DNA from: a virus
Strand: one strand, 5' to 3'
DNA: 64,000 bases
IMG/VR virus record: IMGVR_UViG_3300023174_009221
Every line of letters begins with the position of its first letter. Position 1 is the first letter of the stretch. The position numbers and the translations under genes are program-made. Below the pieces are notes generated by a model, which worked only from the letters and a program-made list of their open reading frames with translations, made no database searches and was not told the origin of the DNA. Below are positions 30,853 to 40,650 of this stretch, one piece after another.

Positions 30853-31806
30853 ATGAAGATTAAACATAAACTCCTAACAGATTACCAGTTCACAACAGTT
30901 GATAAAAAGATATTTTTAATCAAATCAGGCACACTTATAGATGATTACGTTTACAAAATTAAAGGCGAATCAATTCAAATTGACAAAGGTATTGTTGAAG
31001 CGAACCCCCAGATATTTACACCTGTTGATTGGAAAGCAGAGTTGTTAACCCACATGAAAATTAGTAAATTTCCAACACCAACTCAATTTCATAAAAAACT
31101 AATTCCATTTATCGAAGAAATGATTATTTCTTCTATTCAACAAATTCCAGCGCCAATAGAAATCAAAGATGATAGTAAAATAAAAGATTTAGAGGCAAAA
31201 GAAAAAGATTTAGAGGCAAAAGAATCAGAGTTTAACAGTCGCGAAAAAAGAATCAAAGACAAAGAAGAAGAAGTCGACATTAGATTGAAAAGAGTCGAAA
31301 AAAGAGAAGAAGACTATAAAAACGAGTTAAAAAATTTAGATAAAAAAGAAGACGACTTAAGGGCAAGATCTCGAGAAATAACTGAAAAAAAATTAGATCT
31401 AGAAGATAAACTCCAGTTTATTAATGAAAAAGAAAGAAACTTTGATAGGTCTGTTTTAGAATCATCAAAAACCTTAGACCAAAAATATGCGGAACTTCAA
31501 CAAAAAATTGACAAAGATTTGGCAGCCGTGACTAAAAAAGAGAGGGAATTAGAACTTCTATCTAAAGAATTAAATAGAAAAGAAGAATCGCTTTTACAAC
31601 TTAAAACGGATTTAGAAGAAGTTGAAAAATATCTAACAATAAAAGTAGAAGAAGTTAATCTCGAAGAAGAGTCTTTAATGAAATTGGATCAAGAGATTAG
31701 AGACTGGGAAAAAATGCACTGGAAATTTCAAAGAAATGTAGCACCACCATCGGCAATACCAGAGACAATGAGCATTGAATTAAAACAAAGATTTGGCATA
31801 AAATAA
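30853..31806 (+). CDS. Long coiled-coil protein
   Basis: E/K-rich heptads; 21-nt tandem duplication encoding KDLEAKE twice. Confidence 0.7.
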   Translation: MKIKHKLLTDYQFTTVDKKIFLIKSGTLIDDYVYKIKGESIQIDKGIVEANPQIFTPVDWKAELLTHMKISKFPTPTQFHKKLIPFIEEMIISSIQQIPAPIEIKDDSKIKDLEAKEKDLEAKESEFNSREKRIKDKEEEVDIRLKRVEKREEDYKNELKNLDKKEDDLRARSREITEKKLDLEDKLQFINEKERNFDRSVLESSKTLDQKYAELQQKIDKDLAAVTKKERELELLSKELNRKEESLLQLKTDLEEVEKYLTIKVEEVNLEEESLMKLDQEIRDWEKMHWKFQRNVAPPSAIPETMSIELKQRFGIK

Positions 31807-31838
31807 AAAAAGGGGGAAGAAAACTTCCCCCTTTTTTT
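31805..31838. terminator. Bidirectional intrinsic terminator
   Basis: A7-GGGGGAAG-AAAA-CTTCCCCC-T7 between convergent genes. Confidence 0.85.
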
Positions 31839-32187
31839 ATTTCACCTTTTTTATCTGGTCTCTCAGTTTACAAGCTAACTCATAATTTTCCGTCTCAATT
31901 GCCTCTTTAAGTTTGGATTCAAGCAACTTTACATCAATTTTTGGTTCTGGATTTTTTGTTTCAGACCAAGTTCTTGTGAATTTTGATGCACCATCGTGGC
32001 TAACCCAAGTTTCTTTTTTAATTTTATGAGTCTCGGTTTCTGATTCTTCAACTTGTTTGTTGAAATTTTTGTCATCATCTTTTGGAAAAAATGATTCTGT
32101 TTTTGTGAAAGTTTGAAATTGAAAAGGGCTTTCAAATTGGCTCAGAAATAAATCTGATAGGTCAAATAGGTAATACTTTTTTCTCAT
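31837..32187 (-). CDS. Protein with C-terminal UVR (UvrB/C) helical motif, possible Clp adaptor-like
   Basis: LKEAIETENYELACKLRDQI. Confidence 0.7.
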   Translation of the reverse strand: MRKKYYLFDLSDLFLSQFESPFQFQTFTKTESFFPKDDDKNFNKQVEESETETHKIKKETWVSHDGASKFTRTWSETKNPEPKIDVKLLESKLKEAIETENYELACKLRDQIKKVK

Positions 32188-32215
32188 AGTTTTAATTATT
32201 TTTTAGTGCATATAT

Positions 32216-32255
32216 TCAAATTTAGGACCAAAACAAAAATACTGACAAATTGTCA
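32216..32255 (-). promoter_or_regulatory. Composite element TGACA-N3-TGTCAGT-N10-TGG-N7-TTTGA (shared with dnaK)
   Basis: Same architecture and spacing as 55300-55339. Confidence 0.6.
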
Positions 32256-32303
32256 TATAGTCAATTTAAATTAGAATGTTTCTAAATTAATATATAAATT
32301 GCA

Positions 32304-33044
32304 ATGGATAAACTAAAAAGGCTATACAATTATCTGAAAAAGAATCAGCAAAAAAAAGTTCTTTTTTTAACAACATCCAATAGATGGAGCGGTGACAAAG
32401 AATTACCAAAATCTTCAATTATAGCCGATGAATTAGTAAAAAAACTTGACTCCGAAAATATTAAATTGATTAATGTAGCCAAACTAAATATTTTTTCTTG
32501 TGAAGGAAATGTATCTACCAAAAGGGGAAATACTTGTGGCCTAAAGCAAGCTAAGTTATTAGATAAAAAAAAGAATCCAACCGGTTCTATAAGATGTTGG
32601 GCGGCTTTGAATAACAAATCAGATGAAATGTATGTAGTAGCAAATGCCATATTTGAAGCAGATATCGTTATTTTCTTTGGCTCAATTAGGTGGGGCAAAA
32701 TGAATGCCATCTATACTTCTTTGGTTGAAAGACTGACTTGGTTAGAAAATAGACACACGACTCTAAAAGAATCTAATTTATTAAAAGATAAAGAGTGCGG
32801 TGTTGTGGCGGTAGGTCACAACTGGAATGGCGAAGAATCAATTAAATTAGAAAAAGAAGTATTGAAATTCTTTGGTTTTAAAACACCAGCTCAGTTGTCA
32901 TTTAACTGGCAGTATTTAAGAAACGCCAACGATGAATCAAAAGAAGGATATCGCCAAGAATTTGGTGACTTCTTAAAAGACTTTGATTTTGTCGAAACCC
33001 TACAGGAATCGGTAATTAGATTTATAGAGTGGTTAAAAAGATAA
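32304..33044 (+). CDS. Flavodoxin-like NAD(P)H-dependent oxidoreductase
   Basis: LTTSNR...KS, CEG, ADIVIFFGSIRWG, LVERL. Confidence 0.7.
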   Translation: MDKLKRLYNYLKKNQQKKVLFLTTSNRWSGDKELPKSSIIADELVKKLDSENIKLINVAKLNIFSCEGNVSTKRGNTCGLKQAKLLDKKKNPTGSIRCWAALNNKSDEMYVVANAIFEADIVIFFGSIRWGKMNAIYTSLVERLTWLENRHTTLKESNLLKDKECGVVAVGHNWNGEESIKLEKEVLKFFGFKTPAQLSFNWQYLRNANDESKEGYRQEFGDFLKDFDFVETLQESVIRFIEWLKR

Positions 33045-33046
33045 CA

Positions 33047-33382
33047 CTAAGAAAGTTTATCTTTTAATCTGACAAGCTGAAACATTTTTTTAGCATTAAA
33101 TCCATGAAATTTCTGCATGTTGCACATAACCCAGTCAATGTCATTAATTCTTTTTTGACTATGTTTGATATAAGTTATACCATATCTTTCTCGAACTTTA
33201 TCAATTTCATCAAATTCTTTGTGATAGAGATCATCATAACTACAATCAGACTTATCAATTATTTTAATGAAATTATTAAGCCTGACTAACAATTCAAATT
33301 TAATATCATAAAAAGGTTTTCCACTGTTTAACATATCGATAATTTTTCTATCGACCATATCATTTATCTTCTCTTTTGTCAT
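33047..33382 (-). CDS. Hypothetical protein
   Basis: TATATTTG at 33393-33400 upstream. Confidence 0.55.
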   Translation of the reverse strand: MTKEKINDMVDRKIIDMLNSGKPFYDIKFELLVRLNNFIKIIDKSDCSYDDLYHKEFDEIDKVRERYGITYIKHSQKRINDIDWVMCNMQKFHGFNAKKMFQLVRLKDKLS

Positions 33383-33431
33383 AATTTTAAAACAAATATA
33401 TCAAATTTTTCTTAGATAAAAAAATAAAAAG

Positions 33432-33797
33432 TTAATTTGATATGGCGCCTTTAATTATCAAATCTCTTCTAAGTGATTTAATCAGGTAAATTTCTTCTTC
33501 AAGTTGGTTAATTTTTTTAACATCGTCACTTTGATGACTAAGCAGAGTTAATAAATTTTTTACCTGTTTATTCAACAATTTCAAAGATAAAGGTTTTTTA
33601 TTATAATTTAGCCAATCCATTTTAATATAATTTGGCATTTGTGAAATATCAAATATTTTTTCATCCCATTCTTCTAAATAGTAGTAACAATTGTCTATTT
33701 CGGCAAGAATTAGCATTATATTTTTAATTTCAGACTTGTCAAAATCAGAAGTCACCACCACGGTTTTCCATGGTAGTAGATTAATTTCTCTTATCAT
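33432..33797 (-). CDS. Hypothetical protein (RRDLII near the C-terminus)
   Basis: ORF track. Confidence 0.55.
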   Translation of the reverse strand: MIREINLLPWKTVVVTSDFDKSEIKNIMLILAEIDNCYYYLEEWDEKIFDISQMPNYIKMDWLNYNKKPLSLKLLNKQVKNLLTLLSHQSDDVKKINQLEEEIYLIKSLRRDLIIKGAISN

Positions 33798-34404
33798 TTG
33801 AGTAATTATCTAAAAAGTCTATTTCTTCAGGAGTTAGTGCTGGTAAACCATATTGTGATATCTTATCAAGTAGTTCATCAATATCAAAAACTTTAGTCTG
33901 TTTGATTTCGTCTTGTTGAACCTCAGGTATGGAAAAGATAGGATTTTTAATTATTTCATCGATTTTATATCCGATTGACTTTTCAAAATCTTCTCTGTAA
34001 AAAATAAAACCTAATACCTCAATAATATCATTTATTTTTTTATTGTAAATTAGACATATTGACTTAATGATTTGCTCGATAATCTCGTTTTCAACTGAGT
34101 CAGAAGTGTAAAGACAAGTGGTATTTTGAAAAATAGCAATATCGTCTCTATCGATTAGATATATGATATCAACAAGACCATGGTTGACTAAATTGACCTG
34201 TATATAAACAGTGTCGTTCATTCTGGTCTTAAATTGAGACTCACCGGCTTTTATTCGACCAAGTGCTTCTATAAATTGATTTCTTTTGGAGTTTAAAGTT
34301 CTTTGGTTATCTATTGAAATTAGGCGCTGCATTATTTTTTTTGTTAAAAGTATACCAATTGCGATTCCAACAAAAAGTGACAATACTGCCGATATCCAAA
34401 TCAT
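33781..34404 (-). CDS. Membrane-anchored protein with DUF6576-like C-terminus
   Basis: N-terminal TM helix; IDELLDKISQYGLPALTPEEIDFL. Confidence 0.65.
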   Translation of the reverse strand: MIWISAVLSLFVGIAIGILLTKKIMQRLISIDNQRTLNSKRNQFIEALGRIKAGESQFKTRMNDTVYIQVNLVNHGLVDIIYLIDRDDIAIFQNTTCLYTSDSVENEIIEQIIKSICLIYNKKINDIIEVLGFIFYREDFEKSIGYKIDEIIKNPIFSIPEVQQDEIKQTKVFDIDELLDKISQYGLPALTPEEIDFLDNYSNDKRN

Positions 34405-34462
34405 AGACTATATATTTGTTTTATTACTTTAATATTTAAATATTTGGACATATTTTCACAGG

Positions 34463-35803
34463 CTATTTAAATTTCTTTTTTAATTCATTTAAATCAGAGA
34501 CATACATATCCTTTGGTTCAGTTTCTTCCATTTTCTTAATCTCATCTTTCTTTTCAATAAAATCTGCTTTTAGTTTGTCATACACCTCTTTAGTTAGTGA
34601 GTAGATAGGCATTCTAAGTAGATAATCGTATGAATTGTCAATTAAATCAAGTTTCATTTCTTCAACACCTTTAATAATTTCTGATTTTGCGACATTATTT
34701 ACCTTAAGTTTTTGGTCAATAATGGCTTTGATAAACTTGCCTCTATTAGAGAGAATCTTTAACTCCTGGTTCATTTTATCCAGCAAATGTCTTTTTCTTT
34801 TATCGTAATAAGTAAGTCTAAATTTGACAAAGTATTCAATTATTTCCTCTGAAGTTTCAAATATTTTTAACTTACCTGATTCATCAAGAGTCGAAAAAAT
34901 TTCAGTAGAAGATTCTTCTAATTTTAAGATTTTGATTAACTTTTCATCATCTAAATTTTCTAAATCAGCTCGTGTAAATTTAATTACATAATCAATATTG
35001 TCTTTGCAATTGTCATCATAACTAACGATTATCTTATCATCAACTAATTTGTCTAAAATATCTTCATATTTTTCATAAGTCATTGACGGTGGTAGTTCTG
35101 AAATCTTAACAGTTGATGTATTGACCTTTTTAAAGTTTCCTCTAATTATCCATCTTTTTTTATTTTCAGGATCTTGAATATACTGACCGGTAAAATTTGA
35201 TAATTTTGGTTTTATGAAACCAATTTTTTTTTGGTCTAAAACTCTAAGACAAGCATCAATAATGTCTTTGATGTCTCTATTTAAGACGTTTGAAGCAAAC
35301 CCCACAGCAATTCCAGAAGATCCATTTAACAAAACAGTGGGTATTATTGGTAAAAAATAATGCGGCTCAATCACTTCACCTTCTTCTTCTTTAAAATTTA
35401 ATAGTTCAAAATCTTTATAAATTAGTCTAAAATTTTGAGATAGTTTAGTTCCGATATATCTCGCGGCACCTGGTTGCGGAGACCTAAGCGAACCAAATTG
35501 CCCCTCTTCTTCTAAAAGCGGCGCATTGTTTTTGAATTTTTGAGCCATTGTGATAATGGCATTAGAAAGACTTGAATCCCCGTGATGGTAAAAACAATCT
35601 GACGCGACTTTACCGGATAATTGAAAAACTTTAAGTGTTTTTTCGGTTCCGGTTTTCCAAATTTGATTTGCAACGTGAATTATCTTTCTTTGTGTCGGTT
35701 TAAATCCGTCTATCACTGATGGTATTGCCCTACCTTCAATAACATACATTGCAAACTCCTTATACTCCTGTGATAAAAATTCAGAAATGCTCTTTTCCAC
35801 CAT
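34463..35803 (-). CDS. DNA topoisomerase II medium subunit (T4 gp52 / GyrA-like)
   Basis: RAIPSVIDGFKPTQRK, YHHGDSS, GQFGS, catalytic AARY, NGSSGIAVGF. Confidence 0.92.
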   Translation of the reverse strand: MVEKSISEFLSQEYKEFAMYVIEGRAIPSVIDGFKPTQRKIIHVANQIWKTGTEKTLKVFQLSGKVASDCFYHHGDSSLSNAIITMAQKFKNNAPLLEEEGQFGSLRSPQPGAARYIGTKLSQNFRLIYKDFELLNFKEEEGEVIEPHYFLPIIPTVLLNGSSGIAVGFASNVLNRDIKDIIDACLRVLDQKKIGFIKPKLSNFTGQYIQDPENKKRWIIRGNFKKVNTSTVKISELPPSMTYEKYEDILDKLVDDKIIVSYDDNCKDNIDYVIKFTRADLENLDDEKLIKILKLEESSTEIFSTLDESGKLKIFETSEEIIEYFVKFRLTYYDKRKRHLLDKMNQELKILSNRGKFIKAIIDQKLKVNNVAKSEIIKGVEEMKLDLIDNSYDYLLRMPIYSLTKEVYDKLKADFIEKKDEIKKMEETEPKDMYVSDLNELKKKFK

Positions 35804-35882
35804 AATTGATTATATAACTATTTATAATATTGTTTTTGAGGACTATATACTTGTTTAACCTAAACTAATTCCATTTTAAAGC

Positions 35883-36623
35883 CTATCTAAATCCAATTAC
35901 CACCAATCGTATTTCACCTGATAAGTCTTCGTATAAAAAAGAACAACTTTCGCAGAAGTCTCCGGTGTTGTAATAGTTAAACTGACCTGATCTATCGATA
36001 TCTGGAGTATGTATATGTCCAATCATTATACCATCACAGTCGACCTCTTTTACTTTTTTCATCGATAAAATTTTGAAATCATTTATAAAGGCGATGGCAT
36101 TTTTTACTCTGGATTTTAGATACTGAGATAGCGACCAATATTGTAGTCCAAATAATCTTCTTAATTTATTATAGATATTATTAATCTTAAAACTCATTTC
36201 GTATGCCCAGTCACCTAAAACATAAAGAAATGGGTGTAGTCTAATGAACCCGTCGAATTGATCTCCGTGGCAAATGTATATCTTTTCTCCAGAGGAGGTA
36301 GTATGGAAATATTGGTCACAGATTAAAATATTTCCTAAATTAATATTTTCTTCTTCAATTAAACCTCTAAGGTAATAGTCGTGATTTCCCAAAACATAAA
36401 CAACTTCCACTCCTTTTCTTGAAAATCTAAGTATCTTCTGAATAACAGTAGAGTGATCGGGTTTCCAATAAAATTTTCTTTTAATCGAAGTCAAATCAAT
36501 GAAATCTCCGACAATTACCAACTTTTCAAATTCATAATTTTTAAACACTTGTAATAATTTGTCTGCTTGGCATTTTGAAGTTCCAAGATGCACATCGGAT
36601 ATAAAAAGGGTTTTAATTTTCAT
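35883..36623 (-). CDS. LpxH-like metallophosphoesterase (UDP-2,3-diacylglucosamine diphosphatase family)
   Basis: ISDVHLG, GDFID, GNHD, HGD.FD, GHIH, NTGDF. Confidence 0.8.
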   Translation of the reverse strand: MKIKTLFISDVHLGTSKCQADKLLQVFKNYEFEKLVIVGDFIDLTSIKRKFYWKPDHSTVIQKILRFSRKGVEVVYVLGNHDYYLRGLIEEENINLGNILICDQYFHTTSSGEKIYICHGDQFDGFIRLHPFLYVLGDWAYEMSFKINNIYNKLRRLFGLQYWSLSQYLKSRVKNAIAFINDFKILSMKKVKEVDCDGIMIGHIHTPDIDRSGQFNYYNTGDFCESCSFLYEDLSGEIRLVVIGFR

Positions 36624-36759
36624 ACTCTATTTATTATTTAAATTTTTATAATTTAAGCCAATTTAACAGAGGAGTCTGATTATCTGATATAATAATAGAT
36701 ATTTCAAACAATTTTTTATTTTACTATAAAATATATGTTAAATAAAAAAATTAACTAAT

Positions 36760-37353
36760 ATGAAAGTAATGAATCTATTGAACTGGGAGTTCTCCGAAGG
36801 TCTGATAAAATCGGATAAAACAACTCGCATAACATCATCAGAAAATGATTTGGTTAATAGTAAAGTTTTTTACGAAGATTTAACAAAGCATGATGCAAAA
36901 TTAATAATAGGCAAATTCTGTTCAATATCCACCCGTGTCTCTTTTTTTTTAGGTGGAAATCATAACATCAAACGAATATCGACTTGGCTACCTGACCCTG
37001 ATATGAAATACGATGAAACCGGAAATTTGCTAACTAAGGGTGACATTATTGTTGAAAATGATGTTTGGATTGGCATGAATGTTATGATAATGTCTGGTGT
37101 CAAAATAGGCAGTGGCTCGGTGATAGGTGCCGGTGCGGTTGTAAGTCAAGATATCCAACCGTATAGTATCGTGGTTGGAAACCCTGCCAGAGTAATTAAA
37201 AAAAGATTTACAGATGAGCAAATTGATATTTTATTAAAAAGTGAATGGTGGAATTGGGATTTTAGTATTATACAAGAAAATTCCGAAATCATATTTGGCG
37301 AATCTTTTGAAAAATTTGAGGAGCTAACCAAGATTTATGAAATAGATAAATAA
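36760..37353 (+). CDS. CatB/Vat-family hexapeptide O-acetyltransferase
   Basis: IGKFCSI, GGNH, NDVWIG, PYSIVVGNPARVIKKRF, WWNW. Confidence 0.85.
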   Translation: MKVMNLLNWEFSEGLIKSDKTTRITSSENDLVNSKVFYEDLTKHDAKLIIGKFCSISTRVSFFLGGNHNIKRISTWLPDPDMKYDETGNLLTKGDIIVENDVWIGMNVMIMSGVKIGSGSVIGAGAVVSQDIQPYSIVVGNPARVIKKRFTDEQIDILLKSEWWNWDFSIIQENSEIIFGESFEKFEELTKIYEIDK

Positions 37354-37410
37354 AATTACAATTAGAGACCACCCTGATAAGTCAGTAGAAATTAAAAAAA
37401 TAATTAAAAA

Positions 37411-39156
37411 GTGAAAAAAATCGAAGACAAATATAAAGTTTTAGACCAAATAACACATATACTTTTAAGACCGCAGACATATGTAGGTTCTAATAAACCA
37501 AACACATCTATCAAAAATGTGATAGAAGAGGGTCAGGTAGTTCAAAGAGAAATTACATTTATTCCATCATTTGTTAAAATATTTGATGAAGTGGTTACAA
37601 ATTCAGTCGATGAAAATAAAAGAAATAAAAACCTAAATAAGATTGATATTTCAGTAGATGTTGAAAATAATACTATCTCAGTAAAAGATAACGGCGGAAT
37701 CCCAGTGGTAATTCATAAAGACCATAACCAGTATGTTCCAGAAGTTATTTTTGGAAATTTGATGTCAGGAAGTAATTACGATGACTCTGATGAAAGAACA
37801 GTTGCTGGATTGAATGGTCTGGGTGCTAAATTAACTAATGTTTTTTCACTGCAATTCACAATTTCAACTTGTGATGGTAAAAACCATTTTTTTCAGACTT
37901 TTTCAAATAATATGAGAGAAAGAAGTGTTCCAACTATTAAAAAGTCAAAAATAAACCACACCGAGATAAAGTATAAACCCGATTTATCACAATTTGGTAT
38001 AGATAAATTAGACGATGACCATTTTAAGATGATTGAAAAAAGAGTCTATGATTTAGCAGGAACAAATCCAGATATAAAATTCACATTTAATGAAACTAAA
38101 ATAAATTTCAACTCATTTGAAGATTACATCAAATTATACACACAAGACTATTTCTTTGAAGAAGCAAAAGATAAATCGTGGTCCGTTGGTATTGCACTTT
38201 CAGAAAATGGATTTTCGCATGTCAGTTTTGCTAACTCCACAGAAACTTATGATGGCGGAACACATGTTGATTACATTATCAATCAAATTATCACGGAGTT
38301 AAGAGCCTTCTTTACTAAAAGGCATAAAGTAGATGTTAAACCATCGGAGTTAAAACAACATATCTTTCTTTTTCTCAATTCAACTGTAATCAACCCCAGT
38401 TTTTCTTCACAGACAAAAGAAAAGTTAATCACAGAAGTTAAAGATTTTGGGTCTACTTTTGAGATTTCAAATAAATTAATTCAACAGATTCTAAAATCCG
38501 AAATTGTAAATTCGATACTCGATTGGATTCAACAAAAAAAATCAGCCGAAGACTCGAAATTACAAAGAGAATTAAATAAAAAACTATCAAAAATTAAAGT
38601 TGAAAAATTAATTGACGCTAAGGGAAAAGACCGTTGGAAGTGTCAAATCGGACTTTTTGAAGGGGATTGCCTACATGAGGATACTCTTATAAGAATTATA
38701 AGAGATGGTGATATTATAGATGAAAAAATTAAAAATATCAATACAGAGGATTTAGTCATTACTCACAATAATTCAATATCCAATATTTATTCTTTTACAA
38801 AAAAAATCAAAAAGAAAGCTGTTATAAAAACTAAGACTGAGGATGTTATTTGTAGCCATGAACATAAATGGTTCGTATATGATACCGAAAAAAATGAATT
38901 TTATTTTGAACTAACGAGTAAAATAAATAAGCAAAGACATAAGCTAGTAAAAAACTACTTAGCATTTACAGAATCTTTGATCGAAGTCAAAGAAAATGAT
39001 GGATATACATTAAAAATACTCTCTGGTGATATTATAGAAACTAATCCGGAACACAAGTTCGCTATATTCAACAAAGAATTAAATAAATTTGAAATGTTAG
39101 AATCTTTGAAAATAAAACCAGGTAAGCATTTTCTTATCAACACCTTCAAATTATAG
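37411..39156 (+). CDS. DNA topoisomerase II large subunit, N-terminal part (GHKL ATPase, 419 aa) fused to split-intein N-half
   Basis: HILLRPQTYVGS, DEVVTNSVD, DNGGIP, GLNGLGAKLTN, SQTKE, GLFEGD then CLHEDT. Confidence 0.92.
   Translation: MKKIEDKYKVLDQITHILLRPQTYVGSNKPNTSIKNVIEEGQVVQREITFIPSFVKIFDEVVTNSVDENKRNKNLNKIDISVDVENNTISVKDNGGIPVVIHKDHNQYVPEVIFGNLMSGSNYDDSDERTVAGLNGLGAKLTNVFSLQFTISTCDGKNHFFQTFSNNMRERSVPTIKKSKINHTEIKYKPDLSQFGIDKLDDDHFKMIEKRVYDLAGTNPDIKFTFNETKINFNSFEDYIKLYTQDYFFEEAKDKSWSVGIALSENGFSHVSFANSTETYDGGTHVDYIINQIITELRAFFTKRHKVDVKPSELKQHIFLFLNSTVINPSFSSQTKEKLITEVKDFGSTFEISNKLIQQILKSEIVNSILDWIQQKKSAEDSKLQRELNKKLSKIKVEKLIDAKGKDRWKCQIGLFEGDCLHEDTLIRIIRDGDIIDEKIKNINTEDLVITHNNSISNIYSFTKKIKKKAVIKTKTEDVICSHEHKWFVYDTEKNEFYFELTSKINKQRHKLVKNYLAFTESLIEVKENDGYTLKILSGDIIETNPEHKFAIFNKELNKFEMLESLKIKPGKHFLINTFKL
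38668..39153 (+). mobile_element. Split intein N-fragment (162 aa)
   Basis: Block A CLHEDTLI directly after EGD; block-B-like CSHEHKW and TNPEHKF; ends at a stop codon. Confidence 0.85.
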
Positions 39157-39199
39157 AATAACCTTCAAAATTACATATTTTACTTCTAATACATAGAGT

Positions 39200-40519
39200 A
39201 TGATATATAACTATGAATATAAAGGAAGGATTTACAATTTCAATTGTAAAAGATTAGACAGAATAGATTCATCACTAAAAGTATCAATAAGAAGAAAACT
39301 CAAAATCCCGATAGGAAAATATTTGGATTATCTGGGTTTTGATATAGAAAAGTGTAGAGTTTGTAATTCTGGTTACCCACCTGTAAATATACATGTTGAA
39401 ATAAACAACAAAAGTCAAATTAAAATAAAAGGATTTTCATATAAAAAACTAATTTATTGCTATGGAGAAAATGAACATTGTCAAGGTATAAAAATGAATC
39501 CCAATTCATTTGAATTCATATCATTGGTTAATAAAGTATCATTGGAAGAGGCAAAAATATTACTAAAAAATAATAATGGAAGTCCATTCTATAAAGAAAA
39601 TCATAATTCTGAAAATTCTTACAAAGAGTTTCAATCTAGATCCGTTGATAACTATATAAAAAAATATGGAGAGGAATTAGGTAGACAAAAATATTTAGAA
39701 CACATATCTAAAATTTCTTTATCAAATAGTAGAGAAGGATATATACAAAAATATGGAGAAGATTTGGGAATTAAATTATTCCAGGAAGTATCAAATAAAA
39801 AAGATTCAATGTCTTTGGATTTCTTCATTAAGAAAAATAATGGTGATTTAGAATCAGCAATAACCGAATATGAATATAGATTATCTAAAGTAAATAACTC
39901 AATTAGTAACTTGATTAATAAATTTGGTGAAAAAGTAGGATTGGAAAAACATAAAATAAGAGTTGATAAGTATAGAAAAACCTTTGACTCAAATCCACAA
40001 AAAGAAAAAATAAATAAATCACGAGCTATTACAATTGATAATTTATTGAAAAAATACGGCGATATTGAAACCGCAACTAAAATTTATCACCAATGGTTAG
40101 AAAAAGTAACAGTTCCTTTTTGTGTCGCATCCAAAGAGTCATTAAAGATTTTTAATCCACTTATAGATATTTTAACCAGTAAATTAAATATAGATATTTC
40201 TGATATCTGTATAGGGAAACCAAATAAACAAGAATATTTCATAAAAGATAGTGATAAAATTTATTTCTATGATTTTACAATAAGAAGTAAGAAAATCATC
40301 ATTGAATACAATGGAGTTTTGTATCATCCAAAAAATGAAAATTCAACTTGGACAAATCCATTTGATATAAGTATTACTCCTGAAATAGCGTTTAAAAAAC
40401 AACAAGATAAAATAGAAACGGCAAAAGCAAATGGATTCAGGGTTCTAGAGATTTGGTCAGATGAGGAAAATAAATTAGAGAAGTGTTTGGAATTTATAAA
40501 AAATAATATTGATAAATGA
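39200..40519 (+). mobile_element. Free-standing Vsr/DUF559-like homing endonuclease between the intein halves
   Basis: Repeated KYGE.LG units; C-terminal YDF...IIEYNGVLYH...K...A..NGFRVLEIWS. Confidence 0.75.
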
Positions 40520-40650
40520 TAGTAGAGAATTTTTTAGAACTTATAGATATAGATTCAATTGATATCACAAATGAGTACGTGAACATGGTTGACATATCAG
40601 TTGATGTTGATCAATCTTTTCTGTTAAGCAATGGTCTCGTATCTCATAAT
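40516..40650 (+). mobile_element. Split intein C-fragment (45 aa)
   Basis: Block F MVDISVDVDQSFLL; block G NGLVSHN followed by Ser+1. Confidence 0.88.

Noticed and set aside
36760-37353. Antibiotic resistance gene (vat/catB)
   Set aside because: Family motifs are shared with sugar O-acetyltransferases; substrate cannot be assigned from sequence
39154-39200. Stop-codon recoding (TAG read-through) joining IntN to the endonuclease as one cis-intein
   Set aside because: An in-frame TAA follows at about 39187 and the endonuclease is in another frame. Conserved genes elsewhere are intact under the standard code.
39157-40515. Group I intron explaining the topoisomerase interruption
   Set aside because: Only 43 non-coding nt on one side and a gene overlap on the other; no room or visible pairing for a ribozyme core; intein motifs explain both junctions
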